DNA of 63,253 bases, filler included, from Octopus bimaculoides (taxonomy: Eukaryota): the NCBI RefSeq assembly GCF_001194135.2. It is 5 parts of 5 records of this genome, joined end to end, with 100 filler letters (N's around TTAATTAATTAA, not from the genome) between each part and the next. Parts side by side here need not be neighbours in the genome. Positions count along the whole stretch, not along the records: positions 59,697 to 63,253 come from NC_069004.1; 4 more parts are not named here. One strand, given 5' to 3'. This document shows positions 62,871-63,253 of the stretch, one piece after another. The notes beneath the pieces were generated by a model. That model worked only from the letters and a program-made list of their open reading frames with translations. It did no database searches and was not told the origin of the DNA. Position numbers and translations under genes: made by a program. Every line of letters starts with the position of its first letter. The stretch's first letter is position 1.

Positions 62871-63253
62871 GGTGCGATGAGATTAACTGCAAATAATAAT
62901 AGTAATAATAATAATCCTTTTTACAATAAGCACTCAGAACGTAGTTGGCACTCCGTCGCTTACGACGTCGAGGGTTCCAGTTGATCCGATCAACGGAACA
63001 GCCCGCTCGTGAAATTAACGTGCATGTGGCTGAGCACTCCACAGACACATGTAACCCTTAACGTAGTTCTCGGGGATATTCAGCGTGACACAGTGTGACA
63101 AGGCTGACCCTTTTGAATTACAGGCACAACAGAAACAGGAAGTAAGAGTGAGAGAAAGTTGTGGTGAAAGAGTACAGCAGGGTTCGCTACCATCCCCTGC
63201 CGGAGCCTCGTGGAGCTTTTAGGTGTTTTCGCTCAATAAACACTCACAACGCC

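Overview
AT-rich eukaryotic, repeat-dominated genomic DNA with many N gaps. The microsatellite load and the SINE/LINE families look like an octopod cephalopod (inference, not verified). Four identical 100-bp artificial spacers (44N-TTAATTAATTAA-44N) show that the window is stitched from at least five pieces. Most recognisable sequence is decayed transposable element: RTE, R4/Dong-like, Hero-like and CR1-like LINEs, several Penelope-like elements with hammerhead-ribozyme-like cores, tRNA-derived SINEs, mariner fragments with a MITE, and a Ty3/Gypsy RNaseH-integrase fragment. Two host-gene signals stand out. (1) A minus-strand terminal-type exon at 12129-11734 encodes a His/Lys-rich (HHKx)8 tail whose repeat variation within HHK is entirely synonymous. 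(2) An intronless plus-strand six-Sushi/CCP secreted-protein gene at about 32852-34356 has a TATA box and polyA signal but is broken by 3 stops and 2 frameshifts. No prokaryotic features, CRISPR array, rRNA or true tRNA are supported. No database searches were run; family calls rest on recalled motifs.
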